Assembly (NCBI GenBank): GCA_002688105.1
Contig: NZBQ01000044.1
Location: 719-64,718, forward strand
DNA length: 64,000 bases
Source of the DNA: Dehalococcoidales bacterium
GTDB lineage: Bacteria; Chloroflexota; Dehalococcoidia; Dehalococcoidales; GCA-2688105
Direction: 5' to 3'
Shown here piece after piece: positions 15,833 to 25,102 of this stretch. Made by a program: the position numbers and the translations under genes. How positions within the stretch are numbered: the first letter of the stretch is position 1; the number at the start of each line of letters is the position of its first letter. Under the pieces are notes generated by a model that searched no databases, was not told the DNA's origin, and saw nothing but the letters and a program-made list of their open reading frames with translations.

Positions 15833-17398
15833 TTAGCCCAATATTTTCTCCACCTCTTCCCTATCCGATTCCATTATATAAGGGATACCAGAAACATCGG
15901 CTGCCTCTTGTGTCAGAGCCGCGAGGTCATCTCTGCTTAAGAAATTAAGGGCAAATTTGCGCCCGCCGGCCATAAGTTGCCTGAGACCGACTGCCAGCCG
16001 GTCATAATAAGAATAAACAGCTATTGCCGTGGGTGGGATTCTCTCAAAATCAGCCTCGTATTTTGTTTTAAGCTCAGCCGCCAAAATGGAGGTCTGAAAA
16101 AGGGCTTTCCGGTATTTGATACCTTCTCCATATTTTTTCTGGATAAGATGCGCCTGTGTTTTCCCTGACGTGGCTGCCGCCAGGATAGACCGGCTCATGC
16201 CCACCGCATTTATATAAGGAGTCCCTAGAGCTAAAGCCTTGAAAATTTGGTCCTCAAGGCAAATCCCCCCGGCTATGGCACAACTCGGGACAAACTCTCC
16301 CTTTTCATCGAGTCTTTTAAGGAATTGGTGCAGAAGGCTCTCAATGTAAACCGTGGGAATACCCCATTCATTCATCATCCTCCAGGGAGCCATTCCTGTC
16401 CCTCCGCCGGCACCATCCACCGTTAACAGGTCTATCCTAGCTTCCGAGGCGGATTTTACCGCCCGAGCTAGATCGGCTGGTCTATATGCGCCCATCTTTA
16501 AAGCAACATATTTAGCGCCTATTTTCCTCAGTTTTTCTACTTCTTTTAAGAATGCTTCTCCATCTGCCATCACTAGGCGATGATGCCTGTCAAATCCCTT
16601 TATTCCCCCGGCCTTATAAGCTTCTTGAACCGCCGGGTTTTCAGGGTCCGGAGTAACAATATATCCCCTTCGTTTAGACTCAAGAGCTTCTTCCAGAGTT
16701 GGTACTCCGGCCGCCCCGGCAATAGATTTAGCCCCCTGTCCCCATTTTATCTCAATGCTCTCAACCCCAAGCTTTTCTATTGCATATTCAGGGACACCAA
16801 AGTAAACATCATCCGTATTTGCCTGGACGAACATCGTTCCGTAGCCTTCATACCAGTCTTGGTATACTTTTACCCTTCTTTCAAGCTCAGGTGATTTTAC
16901 AACTTTGCCGTTTTTAAACTCGGCATCGGGGTCTGAGCCACAGACATCCTCACCACAGACAAGCGCAGAACCACATATGGCAGTGGCAATAGATATGCCT
17001 TCCCAGTTTACCCTGGTCATCTCGGTAGTACCCAGGGCAGTGGTGAAAAAAGGAACTCTCATTTTTATTTTACTTTCCCCAGCTCCTATCTCGGTAGAGA
17101 TGTCGACAGCAGAGAAAAAAGCCTTATCTGAATCTGCTTCAATGCCAGAAGCCCCCACACAACTCCCTTGGATATTAAAATGGGAGAAGTCAACAGGATA
17201 ATCCTTCTCTGACCCGGCAGTGTATTTGCCGGCGGGCTGAGGGTAGAGCATCTCTTTTCCCCTGAGTGCAGATTTTCCTACCTCGCAGAGCCCGGGGCAA
17301 TCATCTACGCAGGTTATACATAATCCGGAAGCAGGTGAAGATGTTACTCTATGCTTGGTTCCCGTGGCAGCACTTGCATTTGGCTTACTTAGAGACAT
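15833..17398 (-). CDS. glutamate synthase-related FMN-binding protein (GltB domain-2 family) with N-terminal Cys-rich segment
   Basis: 521 aa. CITCVDDCPGLCEVGKS near the N-terminus. TIM-barrel FMN region with DLLTVDGAGGGTGMAP. Confidence 0.75.
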   Translation of the reverse strand: MSLSKPNASAATGTKHRVTSSPASGLCITCVDDCPGLCEVGKSALRGKEMLYPQPAGKYTAGSEKDYPVDFSHFNIQGSCVGASGIEADSDKAFFSAVDISTEIGAGESKIKMRVPFFTTALGTTEMTRVNWEGISIATAICGSALVCGEDVCGSDPDAEFKNGKVVKSPELERRVKVYQDWYEGYGTMFVQANTDDVYFGVPEYAIEKLGVESIEIKWGQGAKSIAGAAGVPTLEEALESKRRGYIVTPDPENPAVQEAYKAGGIKGFDRHHRLVMADGEAFLKEVEKLRKIGAKYVALKMGAYRPADLARAVKSASEARIDLLTVDGAGGGTGMAPWRMMNEWGIPTVYIESLLHQFLKRLDEKGEFVPSCAIAGGICLEDQIFKALALGTPYINAVGMSRSILAAATSGKTQAHLIQKKYGEGIKYRKALFQTSILAAELKTKYEADFERIPPTAIAVYSYYDRLAVGLRQLMAGGRKFALNFLSRDDLAALTQEAADVSGIPYIMESDREEVEKILG

Positions 17399-18301
17399 CG
17401 GTTACTTCCTCGTAATTTATTTCCTGAAGTATATTGGAATTAGTCCTCTTAATTTGGTGAAGAGTTGTACTCAATTATAAAATAAGTGTCTTCATAATTC
17501 ACTAACTATGGCGGCCAATTTGTCAACTGCTGACTTTTCTGAATTTATATTGATTAATATGGCTATGTTAAGCCATTCGCTTGATATCCGTCAATAGAAC
17601 CGGGTGTGTTATTAAGCCCTTGGGCGTATGGCGAGCAGGCAGTCAGGTGAAAAAGATAGGGGAAGTATTGCCTCTTTCCAAGTGGAGAGCTTCGCCAGCG
17701 CTGATAGACGAGGATTTTAGAGGCTGCAGTACACGGTTCGCACCTCGAGGACTACTGCCGGGTTCCAAGATGGATATTGACAACCAAGTGCCATGGATAT
17801 ATTGTTAGTGACAAGAGCAATGAGGGCTTGGCACCATACGTAGTCAATCGTCCTTAATTACAAGAATTTTCCCCATGACGATATCGAGTTATCGGTTCTT
17901 TTTTATAAACCATTCCATCGAGAATTGCTTGCTATGCCCGGGATTCCATCGCATGCACTGAGTTCTGGCAATGAATGCTTTTTTGTGGCCTAATTGCACT
18001 TCATGGAGCTCTGGGTGATGCGCTGAACTACCAGCAACAAGAAGATAACCGGAAGCTGAGTTTAATGCGTAGGATGCACAGACGACTCATAAATTATTTA
18101 GCCGGAAACCTCAGGTTCAGAACTTCCAAAAACAGGGCATTTATTACAAAAATACAGGCATTTTTTGAAGTATTGTCTCTTGCATTAAATTCTGTAGTAT
18201 AGTAATCTGATGTAGACTTTTAGAGAGTTTATCATAATTTTTAATATTCCCTATCGGGTTTTGATAATGGCGGAACTTAATTAAAGTCTATTCTGGAGCA
18301 A

Positions 18302-18955
18302 ATGCATTTGGAGCAGGGGTCTTTTCTCAATATCAGTGAAGCCAGTCGAATACTTGGGGTTAGTGAGGCGGCACTTCGTCAGTGGACAGATGAAGGGAAG
18401 ATAAAGGCTTTTGTAACACCAGGAGGCCATCGGCGTTACTCGAGGTCTGATTTGAGAAAGTTCACGAGCATCCACCCTAGGATGCTTGGGGTACGAGACT
18501 TGGTTTCTGAAATAGAGGAAACCGTAGAATTACACCGAGAAGTTGCGCGCAAGTCCCTTAGTTCAGCAGCCTGGTACAACAAGCTCAGTCAGGAATCACA
18601 GGACCATTTCGCTGACCTGGGTCGGCGCCTCCTTAGCCTTATCGTCAAATATATCACAGAACCCTCCAAGCGTGAAGAAACCATGCATCTTGCCCGGCAG
18701 GTAGGTCAAGATATGGGTGAAACTCTGGCAATACATGGATTACCTCTCGCTGACTCCGTAGAAGCCTTCCTGGTGCACCGGGAGCCGGTCATAAAGACAT
18801 CCACTAGCTTATTAAAAAGACGAGACGCTTTTACTGGCCGTCTAGTGGATGCGATTCCTCTGGCAATCCATGTCATTGACGAGACTCTGGTTTCCTTGGT
18901 AGCCGCCCACCAGCAATATCGGAATGGAATGGACATCTCAAAGGAGAAAAACTAG
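18302..18955 (+). CDS. MerR/excisionase-type HTH transcriptional regulator with a ~150-aa C-terminal domain of unknown function
   Basis: 217 aa. N-terminus LNISEASRILGVSEAALRQWTDEGKIKAFVTPGGHRRYSRSDL. The helical C-terminal domain is unassigned. Sits immediately upstream of the ahb/hem genes. Confidence 0.7.
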   Translation: MHLEQGSFLNISEASRILGVSEAALRQWTDEGKIKAFVTPGGHRRYSRSDLRKFTSIHPRMLGVRDLVSEIEETVELHREVARKSLSSAAWYNKLSQESQDHFADLGRRLLSLIVKYITEPSKREETMHLARQVGQDMGETLAIHGLPLADSVEAFLVHREPVIKTSTSLLKRRDAFTGRLVDAIPLAIHVIDETLVSLVAAHQQYRNGMDISKEKN

Positions 18956-18956
18956 G

Positions 18957-20138
18957 TTGATATCAATCTCTCGTTTGCTGTGTGATACTGTCAGCCCGGG
19001 TGATAGCCTGCGGTATGGTGACAAGCCCTTACATTCTAAAGGAATAATCTCTCAGGGAGATGTTAAGCCAGTTGTGGTCTGGAACTGCACGCGGCAATGC
19101 AATCTGAAGTGTATCCACTGCTATGCCAATGCCGATGATGACATATCTTCTCAGGAAATGGATAGTGCGGCTGGGGAAACGTTCATGATGGACCTCGCTG
19201 ATTTTGGGGTGCCTGTAATCCTGTTTTCCGGGGGCGAACCGCTGCTCAGACAGGACCTCTTTCACCTGGCATCATTTGCCCGCGACTCAGGGATAAGAAT
19301 CGCCCTTTCCACCAACGGCACCCTGATTAATGAAGAAATCGCCGGGCGACTGAGCAGCGCTGGCTTTGCCGAGGTGGGGATAAGCCTGGACGGTATTGGC
19401 TCAAATAATGACCGTTTCCGTGGGCAGAAGGGTGCCTTTGAAAAGGCTCTCACTGGTATCCGAGACTGTATTGCACGCGGCTTAAGAGTCTCACTGCGCC
19501 TAACCCTGACCCGTTTCAACTATGAGGAAATCCCGGCTATATTCCGGCTGGTAGAAGACGAAGGCATCGACCGTATCTGCTTCTATCATCTGGCTTACAG
19601 CGGGCGTGGAGATAATCTGAGGTCTCATGACCTCAATCACGCCCAGACCAGAAACGTAGTGGACACTATCTGTCGGCATACCCTGGATTTGCACTCCCGC
19701 GGAAAGCCGAAAGAAGTTCTGATGGTTGGCAATCACGCTGATGGCGTCTATCTTTACCTGAGGTTGAAAAACACTGACCATGAACGTGCTAGGAAGGTCT
19801 TCGACTTGCTCAGAAAAAATGGTGGTAACAATTCTGGCATCAAGATTGGTGCTGTGGCTGAAGGTGGCAATGTTCATCCTGACCAGTTTTGGTGGCACTA
19901 TTCACTGGGTAACGTCCGCCAGCGCAAATTTGGAGAAATCTGGACAGATACCTCGGAGCCGTTGCTCCATGGACTCAAGGACCGCAAGCGATTACTCAAA
20001 GGACGCTGTGCCCGGTGCCAGTACCTTGACCTCTGCAACGGCAATCTGCGAGTGCGCGCCGAGGCAGTATTTGGTGATGTCTGGGCTGAAGACCCAGCCT
20101 GTTACTTGACCGAGGAGGAGATTGGCATCAGCGTATGA
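18957..20138 (+). CDS. ahbD: radical SAM/SPASM-type heme synthase-like protein (AhbD/NirJ family)
   Basis: TTG start 10 nt after SD aaggag. N-terminus LISISRLLCDTVSPGDSLRYG. Radical SAM CNLKCIHCY. C-terminal Cys cluster CARCQYLDLCNG. The AhbC versus AhbD assignment is tentative. Confidence 0.65.
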   Translation: MISISRLLCDTVSPGDSLRYGDKPLHSKGIISQGDVKPVVVWNCTRQCNLKCIHCYANADDDISSQEMDSAAGETFMMDLADFGVPVILFSGGEPLLRQDLFHLASFARDSGIRIALSTNGTLINEEIAGRLSSAGFAEVGISLDGIGSNNDRFRGQKGAFEKALTGIRDCIARGLRVSLRLTLTRFNYEEIPAIFRLVEDEGIDRICFYHLAYSGRGDNLRSHDLNHAQTRNVVDTICRHTLDLHSRGKPKEVLMVGNHADGVYLYLRLKNTDHERARKVFDLLRKNGGNNSGIKIGAVAEGGNVHPDQFWWHYSLGNVRQRKFGEIWTDTSEPLLHGLKDRKRLLKGRCARCQYLDLCNGNLRVRAEAVFGDVWAEDPACYLTEEEIGISV

Positions 20139-21262
20139 CCATAGAGATGGATAGCCACCTGACACAGGGGAATCTGCTAATACCCAAGTTGCACTTGGTA
20201 TCCTGGGAAATTACCCGGAGCTGCAACCTGTTTTGTGCCCATTGCCGGGGATCAGCCGCTCCTGCTTCCTATAGTGGTGAACTCACCACTGATGAGTGCT
20301 TCCACTTGGTCGACCAGATTCTGGAGGTGGGGAGTCCAATCCTTATCCTGACCGGTGGTGAGCCGCTGGTTCGCTCAGACGTCCTGCAAATAGCTAAATA
20401 TGCAGTGAGCAAAGGACTAAGGGTGGTCATGGGGACCAACGGGACCCTTATTACTGAAGAAATGGCTTGGAATCTGAAAGAGGTTCCTATATCACGTCTC
20501 GGTATAAGCCTGGACTTTCCCGTTGCCGAGCTTCAGGACCAATTCCGCGGTCAGAATGGCGCCTTCGCTGCGGTTATGGCTGGCATTGCCAATGCTCGCC
20601 AAGCCGGCATTGAGATTCAGATTAATAGCACTATCACCAAGCTGAACGTGAAATATCTGGAAGAACTCTTGGCCTTGGCACTCAAGGTGGGAGCGGTTGC
20701 CTTTCACCCATTTATGCTGGTGCCCACCGGCAGGGGTAAGGGACTGGAATCGGGAGAACTGCCGCCTGAGCAGTACGAACGGACACTGCACTGGATATAC
20801 GATAAGCATATGGAGCTAGGGGACAGGATCTTTTTCAAGCCCACTGACGTTCCGCACTACCTGCGTGTGGTGAAGCAGAGACAGAAGCGAGACCAGAGAG
20901 CAAGGCTTGGGTCAAATATGGGTCATAACCCAGCCAACGCAATCACTCGCGGTTGTCTTGCCGGCGTTGGTTTTTGCTTCGTCTCCTACCAGGGAAAGAT
21001 GAAAGGATGCGGCTATCTTGATGTGGAAGCTGGCGATATCAGAAAGGAAAGCTTTAGTCAGGTTTGGGCTAATTCACCTTTGTTCTCTAAATTAAGGGAC
21101 TTATCCCATCTCAAAGGGAAATGCGGCGCTTGTGAATACAAAGGGATATGCGGTGGCTGCCGGGCTAGAGCCTACGAGGCTACTGGAGATTGTCTTGAGG
21201 CTGAGCCCTATTGTATCTACCAGCCAGCCACAAGATTAAGTTATCGAGGGATAGAAGATTAG
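20135..21262 (+). CDS. ahbC: radical SAM Fe-coproporphyrin synthase-like protein (AhbC/NirJ family)
   Basis: 375 aa. CNLFCAHCRG motif. C-terminal CGACEYKGICGGC. 4-nt overlap with the upstream gene. Confidence 0.65.
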   Translation: MTIEMDSHLTQGNLLIPKLHLVSWEITRSCNLFCAHCRGSAAPASYSGELTTDECFHLVDQILEVGSPILILTGGEPLVRSDVLQIAKYAVSKGLRVVMGTNGTLITEEMAWNLKEVPISRLGISLDFPVAELQDQFRGQNGAFAAVMAGIANARQAGIEIQINSTITKLNVKYLEELLALALKVGAVAFHPFMLVPTGRGKGLESGELPPEQYERTLHWIYDKHMELGDRIFFKPTDVPHYLRVVKQRQKRDQRARLGSNMGHNPANAITRGCLAGVGFCFVSYQGKMKGCGYLDVEAGDIRKESFSQVWANSPLFSKLRDLSHLKGKCGACEYKGICGGCRARAYEATGDCLEAEPYCIYQPATRLSYRGIED

Positions 21263-22243
21263 ATGCGTTTAGACCGTGTTGACCAAAGGTTGCTTGGACT
21301 CCTTCAAACAAGGGTTCTACTGACCAGCAAGCCTTATGCTGAACTCGGACAGAGTCTAGGCGTTGCCGAAGACGAGGTTATCAGGCGGATTGAACAAATG
21401 AAGCTAAAAGGATTAGTTCGCCAGATAAGCCCGGTACTCGACGCCAGGCGCCTCGGCTATAAGACCACACTGATAGCGATGAGGGTAGAGGAAACTCACT
21501 TGGACCGAGCCGCTAGGTTCCTTACTGAACATTCGGGAGTCAGCCATGCCTATGAAAGAGAGCACCAATTCAACCTGTGGTTTACTCTAGCTGTACCTGA
21601 CACAGTTGATACTGATTCTGAGTTACTTCAGCTAGCAGATATGATTGAATCGGAAACTGCTTTTGATTTGCCGACGGTAAAGGTATTCAAGATACGAACC
21701 TATTTTAGTTTAGATGAAGACGACCATCCCGCAGTACCGGTAGGGACACCAAATGGCGTTACTCGCCAAGACGTTTATCTCTCTACCATAGACAGGGAGG
21801 TAATTAATGAATTACAGCAGGACTTGTCACTGATTTCCCGACCTTTCACTGAGATGTCAGCACGCTTGAGGATAGATGAGGAGAAATTTCTGACACAGTG
21901 CCAGTCTCTCCTATCGCGTGGAATTATACGGCGATTTGGTGCTTCGGTTAATCATCGTAGGGTTGGCTTCGCTGCCAATGCCATGACCTGTTGGGCAGTA
22001 CCCGCAGAAAAGGCGGAAGTCATCGCCGAAAAACTGGTGCCACTAAAGCAGGTGAGCCATTGTTACGAAAGAAAGACAAACCCGGAGTGGCATTACAACC
22101 TGTTCGCCATGATTCATGGTCACACCAGAGAGCAGTGTCAGGGGATAGCCGATAAAGTGTCTATTGAGACCGGGTTTACGGACTACGTCTTACTCTTCAG
22201 CACCAGAGAATTTAAGAAAACAAGAGTCATATATCGGGTATGA
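21263..22243 (+). CDS. ahbAB: fused siroheme decarboxylase (AhbA/AhbB, NirDL-like; two AsnC/Lrp-like halves)
   Basis: 326 aa with two tandem HTH-plus-effector repeats (RLLGLLQ.. and VINELQQDL..). Located between the radical SAM genes and sirC. Confidence 0.75.
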   Translation: MRLDRVDQRLLGLLQTRVLLTSKPYAELGQSLGVAEDEVIRRIEQMKLKGLVRQISPVLDARRLGYKTTLIAMRVEETHLDRAARFLTEHSGVSHAYEREHQFNLWFTLAVPDTVDTDSELLQLADMIESETAFDLPTVKVFKIRTYFSLDEDDHPAVPVGTPNGVTRQDVYLSTIDREVINELQQDLSLISRPFTEMSARLRIDEEKFLTQCQSLLSRGIIRRFGASVNHRRVGFAANAMTCWAVPAEKAEVIAEKLVPLKQVSHCYERKTNPEWHYNLFAMIHGHTREQCQGIADKVSIETGFTDYVLLFSTREFKKTRVIYRV

Positions 22244-22899
22244 AAAAGAAGAGAGAAGAAGTTATGGCTTACTATCCGGTTTCTCTGAACGTCAGGGGGC
22301 GGAAATGCGTGGTGGTTGGTGGGGGGGAAGTCGCCCAGCGTAAGGTGAAAGTTCTGCTTGAGCATGGCGCTGACGTTGAGGTCATCAGTCCTGACCTCTG
22401 CCCGGAACTGGCACAGCTCGCCGAGAGTGGAGAAATAGGTGTTCGCAATCATGCCTACGAGACGGGTGACCTGGCCGGCTCTTTTCTGGCTATTGCCGCT
22501 ACCGGTGCTGCTGTGATTAATCGGCAGGTAGCAGCTGAGGCTCGAAGCAAAGAAATTCTGGTTAATGTGGTGGACGATGCTGAATATTCCGATTTCATTG
22601 TCTCTTCTTACCTCCGCCGAGATGGTCTTACCATCGCCGTCTCCACTTCCGGCCAAAGCCCGGCCCTGGCACGAAAAATCCGCACCAGATTGGAGAAAGA
22701 AATTACTGACCAGTATGGCATTCTTACCCGGCTCATTGGAGAAGTTCGCGCTGAAACGAAGCGAGAAAGAATGAAGATTGCAGATGACCAGTGGCAGGAA
22801 TCCATAGACATTGATTTACTTCTTGAACTGCTGAAGAAGGGCGAGAGGGAAAAGGCTAAGTCTATCCTGCTCAGCAGATTGAAAGAAAAACAAGATTAA
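22240..22899 (+). CDS. sirC: precorrin-2 dehydrogenase / sirohydrochlorin ferrochelatase (SirC/Met8-like)
   Basis: 219 aa. Rossmann motif CVVVGGGEVAQRKV. Start shares an ATGA overlap with ahbAB. Confidence 0.8.
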   Translation: MKKKREEVMAYYPVSLNVRGRKCVVVGGGEVAQRKVKVLLEHGADVEVISPDLCPELAQLAESGEIGVRNHAYETGDLAGSFLAIAATGAAVINRQVAAEARSKEILVNVVDDAEYSDFIVSSYLRRDGLTIAVSTSGQSPALARKIRTRLEKEITDQYGILTRLIGEVRAETKRERMKIADDQWQESIDIDLLLELLKKGEREKAKSILLSRLKEKQD

Positions 22900-22921
22900 C
22901 GTTTAAGGTAATCCAGTAGAT

Positions 22922-24184
22922 ATGCAAATTAGCTTGGTAGGATTAAATCACCGCTCAGCACCAGTCACAGTTCGTGAGATGGCGGCAATCAGAACGCAGA
23001 AATTGCGAGATTCCCTGGAATCGCTTCGTTCCTATGTCTCCTATGGAGTGATCTTGTCTACCTGCAACCGCACCGAAGTTTATACCACCAGCGCTGATAG
23101 TCAGGGCACAACGGTAGGTATTAACTTCTTGCAGAAATATCTGGATATTCCGCATCATACTTTGCATTTATATACCTATATGCTTGAGGGTAAAGCGGCG
23201 GTGGAGCACCTCTTCCGTGTGACGTGTGGGCTCGACTCAATGATCATCGGTGAGTATGAGGTTCTGGGACAGGTAAGACAGACATTAGAAGTTGCCGAGG
23301 AAGCTGAAATGGTCAGTTTGCCGTTGCGCCATCTCTTCCAGAGTGCCATAAGAGCTGGTCGGAAGGTTCGCGAAGAAACCGAAATAAGCAAGAATGCCCT
23401 CTCCGTTAGCTCGGTGGCAATAGAACTTGCTGCCGGGGATATAGGCGACCTGGCAAACTGCCAAATGCTGGTCATCGGTGCCGGAGAAGCGGGTAGACTG
23501 GCAGCCAGAGCTGCCAAGGAGAGAGGGATGTCCCGGATTGGTGTAGTTAGTCGCACCCTGGAGAGGGCTGCAGGGCTCGCCACGGAATTAGGCGGGTTAC
23601 CGATCAGTATGAGTAACCTCGCCGAGGAGTTAACTACCTGTGATTTGGTCGTCGCCTGCGCCGATGCCCCCCACCATCTGCTGGATGTCTCTACCCTTAA
23701 GACAGCGATGAGGCATCGTCCCCAAGTTCCTCTGGTGATAATCGATATTGCGGTACCCCGGAATGTAACACCAGCAGTAGCGCAAATAAACAACGTTTTC
23801 CTATATAACATTGATGACCTTACCAGTATTTCAGAACAGAACCGCAAGCAGCGAGAGGGAGAGATTGAGAAAGCCGGTGAAATTATCGCTTTCGAAGTAA
23901 AAGAATTCTTCGCCTGGTGGCAAGACCTCGAGGTCAGGCCAGTGGTGGCCGCCCTGATGAAAAAAGCCGAAGAAATACGACGTTCACATCTAAACCGCAC
24001 CCTGAAAAAGCTGCCTCCGCTGTCTGAAGATGAGCAATATAATCTGGAGATGATGACTAGGGCAATCATTGCCAAGATATTAAAAGAGCCCTTGCATAGT
24101 CTTAAAGCCAACGGACGTCATAATCTCGGCTATGCTGAAATGGTGAGAGAGCTCTTTCAGCTGGATGTAGAAAAGCGCAAATGA
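22922..24184 (+). CDS. hemA: glutamyl-tRNA reductase
   Basis: 420 aa. Catalytic-Cys motif LSTCNRTEVY. NADPH motif VIGAGEAG. Confidence 0.95.
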   Translation: MQISLVGLNHRSAPVTVREMAAIRTQKLRDSLESLRSYVSYGVILSTCNRTEVYTTSADSQGTTVGINFLQKYLDIPHHTLHLYTYMLEGKAAVEHLFRVTCGLDSMIIGEYEVLGQVRQTLEVAEEAEMVSLPLRHLFQSAIRAGRKVREETEISKNALSVSSVAIELAAGDIGDLANCQMLVIGAGEAGRLAARAAKERGMSRIGVVSRTLERAAGLATELGGLPISMSNLAEELTTCDLVVACADAPHHLLDVSTLKTAMRHRPQVPLVIIDIAVPRNVTPAVAQINNVFLYNIDDLTSISEQNRKQREGEIEKAGEIIAFEVKEFFAWWQDLEVRPVVAALMKKAEEIRRSHLNRTLKKLPPLSEDEQYNLEMMTRAIIAKILKEPLHSLKANGRHNLGYAEMVRELFQLDVEKRK

Positions 24185-25101
24185 GAAGAAGGATTATCGT
24201 CGGTACACGGGGCAGTAAACTTGCCCTGATTCAGGCTGAATCGGTGCTGACCAAAATTAGAGAGTTAGCACCTCGTTTTGAGGTTGCCATCAGCAAGATA
24301 ACAACTAAAGGCGACCGGAGTATCCATGTCCAGCTTGATCACATGGAAGGCATTGGAGTATTCGTTAAAGAGTTGGAGGAAGCCTTACTCAGCGGGCGGA
24401 TTGACTTGGCGGTGCACAGCCTCAAAGATATGCCGACTCAAATTCCCCAGGGGCTGTGCCTGACAGCAGTAACTGAGAGGCTCGACCCCAGAGACGTGCT
24501 TATTTCCAGAGGGGAAAAACTGGCTGAACTTACGGCTGGCTCAAGAATAGGCACCGGCAGCCTGAGGCGGTCTGTCCAACTCAGCGCTTGTCTTCCTGAC
24601 CTGGAGGCATGCGGTATCCGAGGGAACGTTGATACCCGTCTGCGTAAGGTTGCCGAAGGCGAGTTTGCTGGCGTCATACTGGCGGCAGCAGCCATGCGGC
24701 GCCTTGGCTGGGAGGAGAAAATAAGCGAATACCTGCCGCTGGAGCATTTTCTGCCGGCTGTCGGTCAGGGAGCACTGGCGGTTGAGGCACGTTCGGATGC
24801 TCAAGAACTTACCGAGCTGGTCGCTCCGCTAAATCACGTGCCAACATGTCAGGGTGTCACCGCCGAGCGTGCCTTCCTCGAGGCCCTTAGCGGCGGTTGC
24901 CGAGCGCCGATTGCAGCTTTGGGGACAGTAAAAGACGGCGCATTGAAGCTTGAGGGAATGGTTGCTGGTGTTAGAACCAGAAGGATAATCCGTACCTCAG
25001 TGGAGGATAGTGCTCTGTCGCCTGAGGAACTGGGAGTCCGCCTGGCACAAAAGCTGCTGGCGATGGGCGCTGATGAGTTTATTGCCGAGGCAAAAGACTA
25101 A
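24181..25101 (+). CDS. hemC: hydroxymethylbilane synthase (porphobilinogen deaminase)
   Basis: 306 aa. IVGTRGSKLALIQA and RGNVDTRLRK motifs. Confidence 0.95.
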   Translation: MRRRIIVGTRGSKLALIQAESVLTKIRELAPRFEVAISKITTKGDRSIHVQLDHMEGIGVFVKELEEALLSGRIDLAVHSLKDMPTQIPQGLCLTAVTERLDPRDVLISRGEKLAELTAGSRIGTGSLRRSVQLSACLPDLEACGIRGNVDTRLRKVAEGEFAGVILAAAAMRRLGWEEKISEYLPLEHFLPAVGQGALAVEARSDAQELTELVAPLNHVPTCQGVTAERAFLEALSGGCRAPIAALGTVKDGALKLEGMVAGVRTRRIIRTSVEDSALSPEELGVRLAQKLLAMGADEFIAEAKD

Positions 25102-25102
25102 G

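Noticed and set aside
17581-18202. Two 75-codon plus-strand ORFs in the 0.9-kb gap.
   Set aside because: Their start codons lack an SD, the composition is odd, and there are no motifs. They are treated as non-coding pending a search.
23176-24111. 311-aa minus-strand ORF inside hemA. Many similar antisense ORFs exist (for example 947-1420, 1602-2258, 3432-3908, 16353-17201, 51658-52302, 54969-55529 and 62670-63137).
   Set aside because: They lie fully inside strongly supported genes on the opposite strand. Their composition is low-complexity and Ser/Arg/Pro-rich, typical of shadow frames, and they have no SD or recognisable motifs.
25010-25102. Upstream extension of the cobA-hemD ORF.
   Set aside because: It overlaps hemC by 92 nt. 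The conserved SUMT N-terminus begins at the ATG at 25103, right after the hemC stop.
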